Source of the DNA: the human T2T-CHM13v2.0 reference genome, Homo sapiens | DNA length: 64,000 nucleotides | Direction: 5' to 3' (one strand) | Assembly (NCBI RefSeq): GCF_009914755.1 | Contig: NC_060929.1 | Shown here: positions 32,801 to 46,086 of the stretch, piece after piece | Position numbering within the stretch: the stretch's first letter is position 1 | Layout: every line of letters begins with the position of its first letter | Notes under the pieces: generated by a model | The model's input: the letters and a program-made list of their open reading frames with translations, nothing else | The model's database searches: none | What the model was told of the DNA's origin: nothing | Program-made: the position numbers and the translations under genes

Positions 32801-34187
32801 CATACATGTCTGGGCTGATTTGGATTTCCCACAGATGTTAAGGGCATTATTTCATTCTTATATGAAGGTATGGAAATTGGTATTCATCATGATAGTTCCG
32901 AATCTACCAATAATATATCACATTATGTCTGATGTCTTTTGAATTAGAACATAAAATTTATTTTTGAAAGTTTGTCAACTTTTAAAGTAAAAATCAAAGG
33001 CTTTTGATACGCCAAGAGTTATACTGTCTATTATGTGGTATTTGGAATAACTCTTCCTCCTTAAAAAGGAGATTGGAAGCTGCAGCTGTGGGTGGTGTTT
33101 GACTTATAGATGTGTGGTTGCAGTGGAATGGCAAGGGAAGCTTTGAGTATGTCAATCAATCCTAGCTCTAGCCCACATCTGTGTCAGGAGAGAAAGAAGA
33201 CTGCATTAGGGCTACACCTGAAAGAAAGAATAGGAGTTTTCCATATATTCACAAACAGCTCAACAAAAAACAAACTTTCGATCCTAATTCTTTTTCTCAT
33301 TAGATTAGCTAGAATTTAATTTTCTGTAAAAGCTAAGAAAAACTATCAGATTTTATTTTGAATTTTATTAATGACATTTACTCAAAGCTGAAATAGCTAT
33401 ATCCTCAAGATTACAAAAATGAATGGAAAATAGCAAAAGCAATTGAAAGAATATAATTCGAAATAATCCAAAGTTTTTTTTTAAGGGTTGTTTTTAATGA
33501 TTAAGGAAGATTAGAAGCATGGAAAATTCCAGAATTAAAAAAATCCAACTCCTCAATCCAGCTGGGGTAAAAGAAATATAATACCCAGAAATTCTTCACC
33601 TTCATCTGTGGCGTATTCTTTTTGACCAGAGGTGGAGTGTGAGGAGAATGGGAGTGGCAAAAGTTAGAGTGGGGGCTGTCCAGCCAGCCAGTTGCACCAA
33701 AACTGATGTGTAGATGATTGGGGTGGAAGATACTGTGGCTTATTCTCTTATCTATTTGGAATAAAGAAGTAGGCTGATCATTAACTGTTTATTTAAAAAT
33801 AAAACATGTAAGAAATGAGAAATATTCTAGTTTTGTCAAATTATGTGCTATAAATTCCTCCCAAGTAAACGGCTTTATGTCCCTAAAAGAAGGATATTTG
33901 CCATCAGGGACCTCGGGACTTAGAACGCTTTTCTCTGCTTTCCACATTGATCTCTTCCCCACTGAGTTAGCTGCTGCTTCCATGCTTTCGCTTCACGTTT
34001 TGTAATAAATGCATTCCCAGGAAAATAACTAGGAATTATTTATGCTATAGGCTAAAACTAAAGAAATAAATTCAGTCATCAGCCAGGAAGTCAAAGGACA
34101 TGGGACTTTCTAACTAATTTATCCTTACTTTACATGACATAGATTCATAAAGACCAAGGGTTTCTAAAGTGGGGGAGGAGGAGAGTA

Positions 34188-34614
<427 letters not shown>

Positions 34615-34644
34615 TTAAATTTTAAATTTACATTTCTTTCTTCA

Positions 34645-34792
34645 TTATTTTATTATTTTATTTTTTTGTAGAGGTGGGGTTTCACTATGTTTCCCAGGCT
34701 AGTCTTGAACTGCTTAGCTCAAATGATCCTCCCGCCTCAGCCTCATCCTCTCAAAATGCTAGGATTACAGGCATGTGCCATGGTACCCAACC
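34645..34792 (-). mobile_element. Alu left monomer (FLAM/AluJ-like)
   Basis: TGTAGAGGTGGGGTTTCACTATGTT...GGATTACAGGCATG; flanks TAAATTTACATT and TAAATTTTCATT. Confidence 0.85.
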
Positions 34793-35769
34793 TAAATTTT
34801 CATTCTGGCTGTGCTTTTATAATATACATAATATATTAGCATTTTGTATATTGTATAATATTTAATATATGAATAAACATATGTGGTGGGGGTTAGAATT
34901 CAAAATAGCTTTTTCCTGATCAAACCATAATGTCAATATTTTGGAGATTATTTATTTATATGATCATCTTCACACTTGCCCATAAAGCTATCTTTGTTTT
35001 CCAATGTAGTTCTTACTTAAAAAAATTATTCTTTATAATTTCTCCTTTTGGTGTCTCTATTCTCACACTCCATCATGGTCAAATGTGTTCTATGTCAGAC
35101 AGGGAGTAATTGGCAAGAGGTTCTTAGTTGGGCTCTGGGGTTTTGGCCTCAGAGACTTCCCTTACTTTTTTTTTTTTTAATATCTCAGTCATGCCTTTAA
35201 AAGGATGTCAGTTACATGTCACCCAGTATTTCCAGAAAGTTTTAAAAAATATATTATATGCCATAATTCCAAAAATAGAGTATATTATATTTCAATCAGG
35301 GTAAATGCCTTCTCATTACTCTTCTATTATTTTAATGTACAGTTGAATGAATTCTTCCATTTTACTCTTTTTTTCTTAATTCATAATGATTGTTATCTAT
35401 TCATTCTTCCAGGAAACTTTAGTATTAATTTTATCAAGTTCAAAAAGAAATTACCATTGAGAATTTCATTTTGGGTAGATTAGTACAATGGATACTACAC
35501 ACCCTCAGATGTAACCATATGGTTACTACACACTTTCAGATGTGTGTAGATGTGTAGTAAGCCATTTCCTACTACTCCTAGCTAGAGAGCTACTCAGTCT
35601 CACATAAAGTAAAAATTTCAGAAACATCATTTTCTGTAGCTCTGGTACATGTTTATAAGATGAGGATATTATGAACATCATCAAATGGAGAGAAAAGTTG
35701 AACTAATTTTAGGGTAAACTCCCAAATACATCTTACTTGGCTCTAACTTTTTTTAGAAAATACTTGCTT

Positions 35770-36060
35770 ATTACATGTCTATCAATCCTTCTGTCAATCC
35801 ATCAATCCATAGCTTATTTTTTTGATTCATTCCAAGGTAAATTACAGATACCTGTATACTTCCGTGTAAAAACTTCATGATGCATTTTATTAACCAGAAT
35901 TCAATACTTGTTTGTGGCTTCTATTCTTTGAATTAAAATTTAGACATAATTAAATGCACAAATCCTAAGTGTTAAATTTACTAAGATTTGAAAAATGCAT
36001 ACATGATCCTCTATCAAGATATTGAAGATTACCATTACCCCATACATTTCCCTCATACTA
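35770..36060 (-). mobile_element. Old L1 (L1MC/ME-like) 3' fragment
   Basis: AAAATTTAGACATAATTAAATGCACAAATCCTAAGTG...CTATCAAGATATTGAAGATTACCATTACCCC. Confidence 0.6.
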
Positions 36061-36109
36061 AAGAAGGCTATTTTTATATGTCTCATTTGAGGAGTTGCAA
36101 CACACCAAG

Positions 36110-36633
36110 TGACTCTGTTGAGAAGGAATGCTTTTGGCTGCAAGGAACAAAAAACCTGGCATATGAAAATATCAAGTGGAGTTAAATCTTGTCATATAAC
36201 AAGAAATATGGAGAGGAGCAGCTGTTGGTATTAATTCAGTGACACCATGATGTCAAGGATGATGTTTCTGGAATTCTCCCGATTTCCTTTTAAGTCTCAA
36301 GTAGCTGCTGTAACTTCTGGCACCATTCAAAAATATTTATTCATTTATCCAATAAATATTTATGTTCCAGCCAATGTTCTGATGCTCTGGATAGAGCAAC
36401 AAACAAAAAAAAAGCCTATCTCCAAGTAGGAATAAAAAGGAAGAGGAAATCTAGGCCTGATTGTTAATTTAACCATGAAGGCAAAAGCTTTCTCAGAGTA
36501 TCTTTCAATCCTTTGGCAGAGTTCTTATTTTTTTTCTCATTGAGCAGTAGGAAAAAATGAGTATTTTTCAACCTCTATCCTACGAGGGAATTTGGAATAA
36601 CTGTGGAGTCAGCCAATCAACATTGCCTGTCAC
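36110..36633 (-). mobile_element. Old ERVL/MaLR-type LTR (LTR33/MLT1-like)
   Basis: TGCTTTTGGCTGCAAGGAACAAAAAACC...CATATAACAAGAAAT... ending CAACATTGCCTGTCACA. Confidence 0.5.
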
Positions 36634-36819
36634 AGGAACATTTAGAACAAAGTTGTGGTCTACTCAGCCTCCTTGCAACAATAAATTGTATCAGTACTTA
36701 TGGTAGCATTCAGATGTCTGTTCTTTAATTTTCTAAAGTAATGGACTTTATACTCAATTTCTCCCTAATGCCAATAGTAAGAAAGTTACCAAGGATCCTC
36801 AGTCACTGGTATGTGGTCT

Positions 36820-36960
36820 TGTAGAGGAAAATAACCCTGAATTGGGAGTCAAGAGACAGGGTTTTGAAGTTGGTCTCTCAGTCACTAAGTGTGAAAATGT
36901 AGGTGAGTTTCATCATGCCTTTGGGTATCTGTCTTCTTGGCTGTGGAATGTTGACTTTCA
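36820..36960 (+). mobile_element. MIR relic
   Basis: GAATTGGGAGTCAAGAGACAGGGTTTTG...CACTAAGTGTGA. Confidence 0.5.
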
Positions 36961-37254
36961 TGCTTCAACTTCAGGGTCACATGAAGCAACTTCTGAAGAA
37001 CAGTCAATAGATTAAGCACCTCTCTATTGTAGCAATGCAGACATTTTTAAGGGCATTCCACTTGCAAAAAAAATGTACCTCAACCATGCACATGCAGGAT
37101 GAAGAATTGTCCATTAAAATTAGGTATTTTCATTTTCAGAATGACAATGTATAATTACTTTTTTTGAGAAAAAATGGACTTGTAAAATGTTCTGTGTACT
37201 CTTTACTCTTTGGTCTTTTTCTAGCTGAAACTCACTGTTACCTTCTCCCCTTCC

Positions 37255-37737
37255 ACAGTAGGCAGAAAAATGGCCATCTTAAAATGTCCATGTCCTAGTC
37301 TCTGGAACTCGTGAATGTGCCATGTTACATGGCAAGAGGGGAACTAAGGTTGCAGATGGAATTAAGATTGCTAAGTCAGATAACTTTGAGATGGGGAGAT
37401 TATTTGAGATGGGTCCTTATAAGTAAATGAGGGAGGCAGGGGAGTCAGTGTCAGAGTGATGTGAGGTGGGAAAGACTTGGCTGGTCACTGTTGGCTTAGT
37501 AGGTAGAGAAAAGGGCCACAAACCACAAAATGCAGACAGCCTCTAGAAGTGGGAAGAGGTAAGTAATGATTCCCTTCTACAGACTCCAGAAGGAATTCAG
37601 TCGTACTGACTTCTTCATTTTAGCCCAGTGAGACCAATTTCAGATTTCTCATATTCACAACAGTAAGATAAGTCTGTGTTGTTTTAAGCCACTAAATTTG
37701 TGGTAATTTGTTATAGCAGCAGTAGGGAACTGATACA
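37255..37737 (+). mobile_element. MLT1D-like MaLR solo LTR
   Basis: GGCAGAAAAATGGCC...GTTACATGGCAA...GCAGATGGAATTAAG...TTTTAAGCCACTAAATTTGTGGTAATTTGTTATAGCAGCAGTAGGGAACTGATACA. Confidence 0.88.
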
Positions 37738-37979
37738 CTTTTCCACATTACTATGACAGATAAACTAAACATAACAAAGCTAAGTAGAATTTGGCACAAG
37801 TGGGATCACATAAGCCAGGGAAAACATAGTGGCTCCATTTCAGCAGGCTAGATAATTTAATATTAGAATATGTTTTTCTACATCAAGTCGCAAAGGGACA
37901 TCAAGCCATCACTTCTAGAGAATCAATAGGATCATTCTTCCTCAAAGAAAGACTGTGTTGTGGAGAAAATGCATTATAA

Positions 37980-38318
<339 letters not shown>

Positions 38319-39113
38319 GGATGATTTTCCTAAGTGTTGGAAAACAAGTGAGTTAGGCATACATGAACTGCCCCAGAGGACTTGTCTGGTTCTTCCCTGA
38401 TAGTGGAGGAGAGCCAAAAATAAGATAATAAGGTCCCAGATTAATGAAATCAAAATGTAAGCGTTGTCTCTTTTTGGCATGGGTCATGGTGGGAATGATT
38501 TCAAGCTGAGTCATGTGCCACAGAAGGACAACAAATGAAGACTTGGAGTCACAATGTTTTCATTTTCTGGTCTTTCCAACTCATCATGTATGCTGTTATA
38601 TCCCTGCTCTTTGCTTTGGGTAGGTTCCCCCCTCCTTTCTGCAATCTTTAGAAATAAATATTTCCTTACAAGTTTTCTTTTAGGCTGTTGAATATTCGTT
38701 TTGATAAGAATAATTGAAGACATGGGAAACCCTTCATTACATTGCAGAGTGACTTAAATAGAGTACACATTCCATAAATATTTGTTGAATTGAACTATGT
38801 TTAATCACCATCTGTTTAAGGCAAATCAATGGAAAAATTATTCATTGGTGTCCAAGTCACTTCTTTTGTTTGTCTTTGAAAGAGAGAGACTCAGGCTGTA
38901 GCCTAGGGAAGAAATTATGTTCAAGAATAATATTATCTTCTAAGTCTCACCTTATAGAAAAGAAAATCTCTGAAAAGGGAGTTATTCAAATGAATTCAAC
39001 ATTTCCAAATATTAAAACAAATGATAAATTATTACACAGATTTGGGTTTATGGTCATTCTTTCCTTTTTATTTGGGTTGAAGATGTGAAATACAGGGTTT
39101 AGGTGTGTGATTA

Positions 39114-39319
39114 TAGCTGTGTTCTGGAGCTGGTGCACACCGCTGGTGAGACTCAATTGTATACATCCCTTCCCAAATCTCTGTTCATGATGTCACATTG
39201 CTAACTTGAAATTGGTCATAGTGGAAGTATTTACACAAGGGAAATAAATAAATGCTATAAATCAGGATATGCCCTCCCACCACCAAGATGGTTTTGCAAC
39301 ATTTATCAGCTCACAGCTG
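39114..39319. mobile_element. MER63A-like hAT-Blackjack element
   Basis: TGTGTTCTGGAGCTGG...GATGTCACATTG...CTTGAAATTGGTCATAGTGGAAGTATTTACAC...AACATTTATCAGCTCACAGCTG. Confidence 0.75.
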
Positions 39320-39489
39320 GTAATAGACCATCCCCAAATAGACCATATGCTGGGGGAAAACTAGACCAAAGAGGGTTGATTTTTTTTGACAGAGGGATGA
39401 ATACAGCAAATCATTTTGATTCTGTAAATGGCTTTTTTTTAAAGGGTTCATATTTCTCTCTTAATCCTAGAATGTAGTCCTCATACTTT

Positions 39490-40075
39490 GATGTGACCGT
39501 TTGGGTGCACAGAAATTCCAGCCCCTCTAACATGGCTGGGGCCTTGAACTCTACCCCTGTCTCTCCAGCACCACGAGGCAGCTCAGCTGGTGCTGAGGTT
39601 TTTAACCTCCCAGCTGCTGTTCTCTTCTGGACTTTCTGTAGCACAATCCTGTGCACATGCAATTTAGTGTCAGCTGACTACAAAAGAGGAATTTGTTTGC
39701 AGATTTTGAGGTTCTTTTCTCTCGGGTCCCTGCTCCTTGAGTCTTTGCCCTTACATTCTAATCTCTTTGGCTGCCCTTTCTTGGAGATCTGCTTTGTGAG
39801 CCCAGGGAGACCACTGCTTCTGCTAGGGCTCCATTTATTCTTCAGCTCTGTAAATTGGGAAATGTTTTTAGGAAAAAAAGCCAAAGTGATTATAGAGTTC
39901 ATTTCCTGTGTTTCCTTTTGTTCAAGGAACATGCAGTCCCCTAAATACTGCCTGCATTGACTGCTCTGTAATGCCTTGAAGTAATTTTTAAATACTTTGT
40001 TCAGCTTTCCTAATTGCATTCAGCATGAGAGTTAGCCCAGTATCATCTACATTGTCACAGCCAGAGCTAGAAATC
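39490..40075 (-). mobile_element. Old L1M 5'-region relic
   Basis: Resembles antisense 5' ends of L1M families (GTGTTTCCTTTTGTTCAAGG...CAGCTTTCCTAATTG). Confidence 0.45.
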
Positions 40076-40314
40076 TGAAGGAAAACTTTTAAGTATAGAA
40101 ATATTGTCAAGTCTTCAACAAAACTAACTTCAAAATCCATTCAGTGTTTGATAATCACAGTTGAGGGCAGTTTTCACTTAGAAAAATTTCAGTCTTGGCC
40201 CTGAACCAAAAAAATAGGAATAAAACTTTACCACTGCTAAACCATGGAACTGCTGTATGGCATGATAAGTGAGGCTATTTGGCTTCTATTCTGACAAGAC
40301 AAACACCACCAGCA

Positions 40315-40450
40315 ATGGTTTTATATAATTTTCATGGGTCGCAAAATATTCTTCTTCGGACTTTTGGAAAACAAATTAGAAATTGAAAAAACATTCTTAG
40401 CTCATGGTCCCTACGAAAACAGACCATGGGCCATGGTTTGCCAAGTTGTG
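40315..40450. mobile_element. MER58-like hAT fragment
   Basis: TAATTTTCATGGGTCGCAAAATATTCTTCTT...AAAACATTCTTAGCTC...GGCCATGGTTTGCC. Confidence 0.6.
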
Positions 40451-40569
40451 GTATATTACTAAAAAATTTAAACTTTCATTTTGCAACTCAGAAGCCAACT
40501 ATTGAGTCCTTTAGCTGAGTTCATCCTGTCTTTACATACCAGACATTTTAAGTTTCATTCCCTGTCTCT

Positions 40570-40700
40570 CAGTTATAAGTTCTGTGATCTTGGACAAGTT
40601 ACTTCTCTGTGCTTTCCCTCACTGGTGAAATGGAGATAATAATAGTACTTATAGCTTAGGGTTGTGATGATTAAATGATTTAATATGGATAAAATAATGA
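40570..40700 (+). mobile_element. MIR relic
   Basis: TGTGATCTTGGACAAGTTACTT...GTGAAATGGAGATAATAATAGTAC...GGTTGTGATGATTAAATGA. Confidence 0.75.
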
Positions 40701-40819
40701 TGTATTTTCCCTGGCTACCTTGAGAAGTGAGTGCTGGGAAACCCAAGGAGAAATAATAGAAGTTAGAAACAACTCATCAATTAATATTTCATAAGTATTA
40801 TCCCACTAACATAGTTATC

Positions 40820-43485
40820 CATATGAGCATTTATAGCTATTAATTTCCCTGTAAGCACTGTTTTAGTTGTAACTTGTAAGTTTTGGTATGTTGTGTTTTT
40901 CATTTCATTAAAAATATGTTCTAATTTTTCTTCTGATTTCTTCTTTAATTCATCGGTAATTTAGGAGTGTGTATTTAATTTGCATATATTTGTGAATTTC
41001 CCAAGTTTGCTTCTGTTAGTGATTTCTGTTGACTTCCATTTTAGTCAGAGAATGTATTTTGTATAATTTCAGCCCTTTTAAGTTTAGTTAGGCTTGTTTT
41101 ATAACCAAGCATCTTGTCTAACCTGGACAATGTTCCATGTGCTCTTGAGAAGAATGTGTATTCTGCTATTGCTGCATGGAGTGTTCTGTAGATGTCTGCT
41201 AGGTCTAAGTGGTTTATAGTGTTAAAGTATTCAATAGCCTTATTGATCTTCTGTTCAGTTGTTGTATCCATTATTGAAAGTGGGAGTGTTGAAGTCTCCA
41301 ACTATTATTTTTGGATCGTCTGGTTTTTTTTTAATTCTGTCAGTTTTGCTACATGCATTTTGGGTTTTGGTTGTAAGATGCATATGTATTTATAATTGTC
41401 ATGTTTGCTGATGGATTAACCATTTTATTATCATGTCTTTCTTTGTCTCTACTAACAATTTTTGTCTTAAAGTATATTTCACTGGATATTAGTATAGCCA
41501 GTAACTCTAGTTCTCTTTTGGTTCTTGCGTGCATAGTATTGTATTGTTTCCCACCCTCTTACTTTCAACATTTTTGTGTCTTTGGTCTAAAGTGTGATCT
41601 CATATAGTTGGGTCATGATTTTTCTTTCTTTTTTAATCCGTTCTGCCAATCTCTACCTTTCGACTGGAATATGAAATAGTTTCCTATGGCTACTAGAACA
41701 AATGACCACAAATTGGTGGCTTAAAGCCACAGAAATGTATTCTATCACTGTTCTGGAGGCCAGAAATCAGAAATCTAAGAGGGTCATGTTCCCTCTAGCT
41801 CTAAGGGAAAACCTGTTCTTTGCTTCTTCCAACTGGTGACTATCAGCATTCCTTGAATTGTGGCCATGTTACTCCAATCTCTAATTCACCTTCTTTTGGA
41901 GTTTGCCATCGTTTCCTTCTCCCCTGCCCCTCTTCCTCTTCTGTTTCTTTTAGGCACGCTTATCATTGGAGTTAGGGCTTACCTGGGTAATCCAGGATGA
42001 ACTTGCCTCAAGATCCTTAATTACATTTGCAGACACCTTCCCCCCACCCAAATAAGATAATGTCCAGGTTCTGATAATTAGGGCCTAGACATAAATTCTT
42101 GGGGGACCACTATTAAACCTACTGCAGTTTGTCCTCTGGCTTCCCGATATTCACGTAACATCTCACATGCAAAATACATAGAGCTCCTTCCAACATCCCT
42201 CAAAGCCTCAGCTCATAGCATCAGCCCCATCTAAATGTCATCCACTCAAAGTTACAAGTCTCATCTTCTAAATTATCTTAATCAGGTATGGGTGAGACTC
42301 TGGGTATGAATGAGTCTAGGGAAAAATTCTCTTGTTATTTCTTTTACTATATTTTTTGAGTTGTTTTCTTAGTGATTGTCCTGGGAATTAAAATTAATAT
42401 CTTAACTAAAAATAGTCTAGTTTGCATTATTACCAACTTAATTTCAATAGTACACAAAACTTTGCTTTAGTATATCTTCATTTTCTCCCCACTTCTTTGT
42501 GTGATTATTATCAGATTACATGTTTACATACTGTAATCATCTATAGTTTTATAATAATTGCTTTATACAGCTGTCCTGTAAATCAGATAGAAGAACAAAT
42601 TATAAAAATATATTTGTACTGTCCTGTATTTACCTATGTAATTAACTTTATCAGTGTCCTTTGTTTCTTTGTGTGAACTCAAGTTGTACTCCTGTGTCCT
42701 TTCATTTAGCTTGAAGGAATCCCTTAGTGTTTCTTGAAGACTGGGCCTGATAGTGATAAATTCTCTCAATTTTGTTTATTTGAAAATATCTTAATTTCTC
42801 CTTTATTTTTGAAGGATAATTTTTCTGCATATAGAATACTTGGCTGCCTATCTTTTTCTTTCAGTGTGTTGATTTTGTCAACTCACTCTCTTGAGGTCTC
42901 TAGTTTCTGTTGAGGAATCAGCTGTTAATTTTATTGATAATCCCTTGTATATTATGGGTCATTTTTCTCTTGCTGCTTTCAAAATTTTTTTCTTTCTTCG
43001 TCTTTAAGAGTTTAATTATGCTGTGTCTAGGTGTGGATATCCTTGAATTTATTCTACTTGGAGTTTACTGAGCTTCTTGGGTTGTAGATTAATGTTTTCA
43101 GCCATTATTTCTTCCCATACTCTTTCTATTCCTTTCTCTCTTTCTTTTCCATCTGAGATTTCTATTAGGCATATGTTGGTATGGTTGATGGCTTCCCAAA
43201 GATCTCTGAGGCGCTATTTATTTTTCTTCATTATTCTTTCTGTTTCTCAGACTGGATTACCTCAACTGACATACCTTAAAGTTTGCTGATTCTGTCTTCT
43301 GCCAGGTTAAATCTGCTGTTGAGTCCCTCTGATACATTTTTTATTTGAGATACTGTACTTTTCAACTCCAGAATTTCCTTGTTCCTCTTATAATTTCTAA
43401 TTCTCTATTGATATTTTCTATTCTGTGAGACATTGTTGTCATTATGTGAGAATTGTTGTCATTCTTTCCTTTAATTTTTGAATAT
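40820..43485 (-). mobile_element. Old L1M ORF1/ORF2-EN region, interrupted by MLT1C
   Basis: EN peptide DLADIYRTLH...EYTFFSRAHGTLSRLDKMLG (41041-41301); ORF1 C-terminal REFITIRPSLQETL (42563-42769). Confidence 0.8.
41671..42331 (-). mobile_element. MLT1C-like LTR (41671-42127) with adjacent internal sequence
   Basis: TAGTTTCCTATGGCTAC...ACCACAAATTGGTGGCTTAAA...CTGGAGGCCAGAA...GGGGGACCACTATT, followed by MLT-int-like TCTCACATGCAAAATACA...CAGGTATGGGTGAGACTC. Confidence 0.8.
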
Positions 43486-43494
43486 ATAGGTCTT

Positions 43495-45070
43495 ATTTTT
43501 TAGACCAGTTTTAGGTTCATAACACAATTTAACAGAAAGTACAGAGAGCTCCCATATACAATCCTCCCCACACACAGCCTCCTCTACCATCAACATCTCA
43601 CATCAGAGTAATTACATTTTTTGTAACCAATGAACCAACATTGACACACAAATATCACTCATAGTTAGTTTCGATTCACTCATAGTGTTGTACATTATAC
43701 AGGTTTTGACAAATGTATGATGACATGTACTCACGATTACAGTATCATATAGAATAACTTCACTGCCATAAAAATCTTCTCTGCTCTGATTTATTCCTCT
43801 CACCTGCTAGGAAACTGGAAACCACTGATTCTTTCAGTATCTCCATAGGTTTGCCATTTCCAGAATGCCATAAAGTTGGAGCCAAACAGATATAATTATT
43901 TTCAGATTAGCTTCTTTCACTTACTTGTATGCGATTAATGTTTTGATATGCTTTGACTGTGACCTCACCCAAATCTCATCTTGAACAGTAGTTCCCATAA
44001 TCCCCACGTGTTGTGAGGATTTCACTTAGTTATATGCAATTAAGGTTCTGATATGGTTTGGCTGTGTCTTCACCCAAATCTCAACTTGAACTGTAGTGCC
44101 CATAATCCCCAGGTGTTGTGGGAAGGTCCTAGTTGGAGGTAATTGAATAATGGAGGCAGTTACCTCCACGCTGTTTTTGTGATGGTGAGTTCTCATGAGA
44201 TCCGATGGTTTTATAAGGGCTTTTCCCTCACTTCACTCTGCATTTCTCTTTGTTGCCGCCGTGTGAAGAAGGACGTGTTTGCTTCCCCTTCCACCATGAC
44301 TGTAAGTTTCTTGAGGCCTCCCCAGCCCTGCAAAACTGTGAGTCAATTAAGCCTCTTTTTTTTTTAAAAAATAAATTACCGAGTCTTGGGTATGTCTTTA
44401 TTAGCAGTGTGAGAATGGACTAATAGAGGTTCCTTCATGTCTCATCATGGCTTGACAGCTAACTTCTCTTTAATGTTGTTTGATATTTTGTTGTCTATAT
44501 ATATTGTAGTTTATTTAACCATCCACCTACCGAAGGATATCTTGGTTGCTTCTGAGTTTTGGCAATTATGAATAAAGCTGCCACAAACATCTGGGTGCAG
44601 GTTTTTATATAGATATATGTTTTCAAATAATGGATAAATATCAAGGAGTACGATGGCTAGCTTCTACAGTAAGAATCTGTTTAGTTCGTAAGAACTGCCA
44701 AACTTGTTGTACTATTTGCATTTCTGTCAGCAATGAATGAGGATTTCTGTTGTTGCACATTCTTGTTAGCACTTAGTGTTGTCAGTGTTTTGGATTTTCA
44801 CCATTTAATGATGTATAGTGGTATCTCAGTGCAGCTTTGATTTGTAATTCCCTGATGAGGTATGATGTCAAGTCTCTGCATATGATTATTTGACATCAGT
44901 GTATCTTCTTTGGAAGATACCTGTTCAGCTGTGTGGATGTTTTTCAGTCTAGTTGTTCATTTTGTTATTGAGTTTTAAAAGTACTTTTGTATATTTAGCA
45001 CAATAGTCCTTTATCAGGTATGTCTTTTGCAAACATTTTATCTCAGTTTATGGCTTGTCTTCTCACTTTC
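43495..45070 (-). mobile_element. L1MB/L1MC-like 3' portion, interrupted by THE1D
   Basis: GTTTTAGGTTCATAACAC...GAAAGTACAGAGAGCTCCCATATAC...; antisense ORF2 C-terminus continues after 44432. Confidence 0.8.
44049..44427 (+). mobile_element. THE1D-like MaLR solo LTR
   Basis: TGATATGGTTTGGCTGTG...GAATGGACTAATAGA; 5-bp TSD GGTTC at 44044-44048 and 44428-44432. Confidence 0.9.
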
Positions 45071-45084
45071 TGGCTTTAATTATT

Positions 45085-45330
45085 TTTTAAAATAAATTTT
45101 ATTGTGCATATTTAAGGTACACAACATGATGCTATAAGATACATATAGTAAATGATTACTACAGTGGGACAGATTAACATATGTGTCATTTCATATAGTT
45201 ACCAATTCTTCCTCCCATGGCAAAACAGCTTTAATCTTAAATATAATACACTACTATTAACTATAGTCCTTATGTTGTACATTAGATGTTTTGAGTTGTT
45301 TATCTCACATATTTGCCACTTTGTATCCTA
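45085..45330 (-). mobile_element. L1MA (MA7-10-like) 3'-end fragment
   Basis: ATTGTGCATATTTAAGGTACACAACATGATG...TTAACTATAGTCCTTATGTTGTACATTAGAT. Confidence 0.75.
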
Positions 45331-45781
45331 TAATTGTTTATACACTGGTTTTCTTTAGTCCTTTCAACATATTCATAATAGAAAGATTTTTATAAGTTTG
45401 AAAAAGTTATTAATTTCAAATTAAAAATTAAGTTTGTGACCAAATTAAGTGAAAGTAGAAATATATCTAGACATATTCTGACAAAATTTTGAATTTATAT
45501 GACTTAAAAAAACCCTCCTTCAAGCTTCCAGGCAGAAAAAATAATTGGTCTTATATTCTAAGGGGCTCATAGAAAGTAATCCTCAATATTCCCTGCAACG
45601 CAGAATGCTGGAAGATAATAAAGCATCTAACCAAAAAGATTTGAGGGAGAAAGTCTATGCTTCAAGTATTCTGTTCCTAGTGAAGGTGTTATTCATATAT
45701 ATAGACAATAGAAAGACACTCTCAAATATGCAAAGACTTGGGTAATTTACTATTTACCCATCCTTGAAAAATGTACTTGAG

Positions 45782-45905
45782 CTTCTTGCTGCTCAAAGGT
45801 AGTGCATCAGGATCACCTGGGAGCTTGCTAGCAATGCAGACTCTCAAGCCCCACCCCAAGATCTCCAGGTGATTAATATATACATTAAAGTTTGGGAAGC
45901 ACAGT
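45782..45905. mobile_element. MER5A-like fragment
   Basis: TGCATCAGGATCACCTGGGAGCTTGCTAG...CAGGTGATT...ATTAAAGTTTGGGAAGCAC. Confidence 0.75.
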
Positions 45906-46086
45906 CCTTGCTGATTAAACATAAAAAGAAAAAAGTAAAACGTGGAGAAGTCTAACTATAAAAAAAAGTATCCATTGATACCAGTTAAACATATAAAGCT
46001 ATTCAAAAAATCTTAGTGCTTTAAAAACCATCTTTGAAGAATATGATATATAATAATGTAATAAAACAAAACTTTGTATTTAAACC

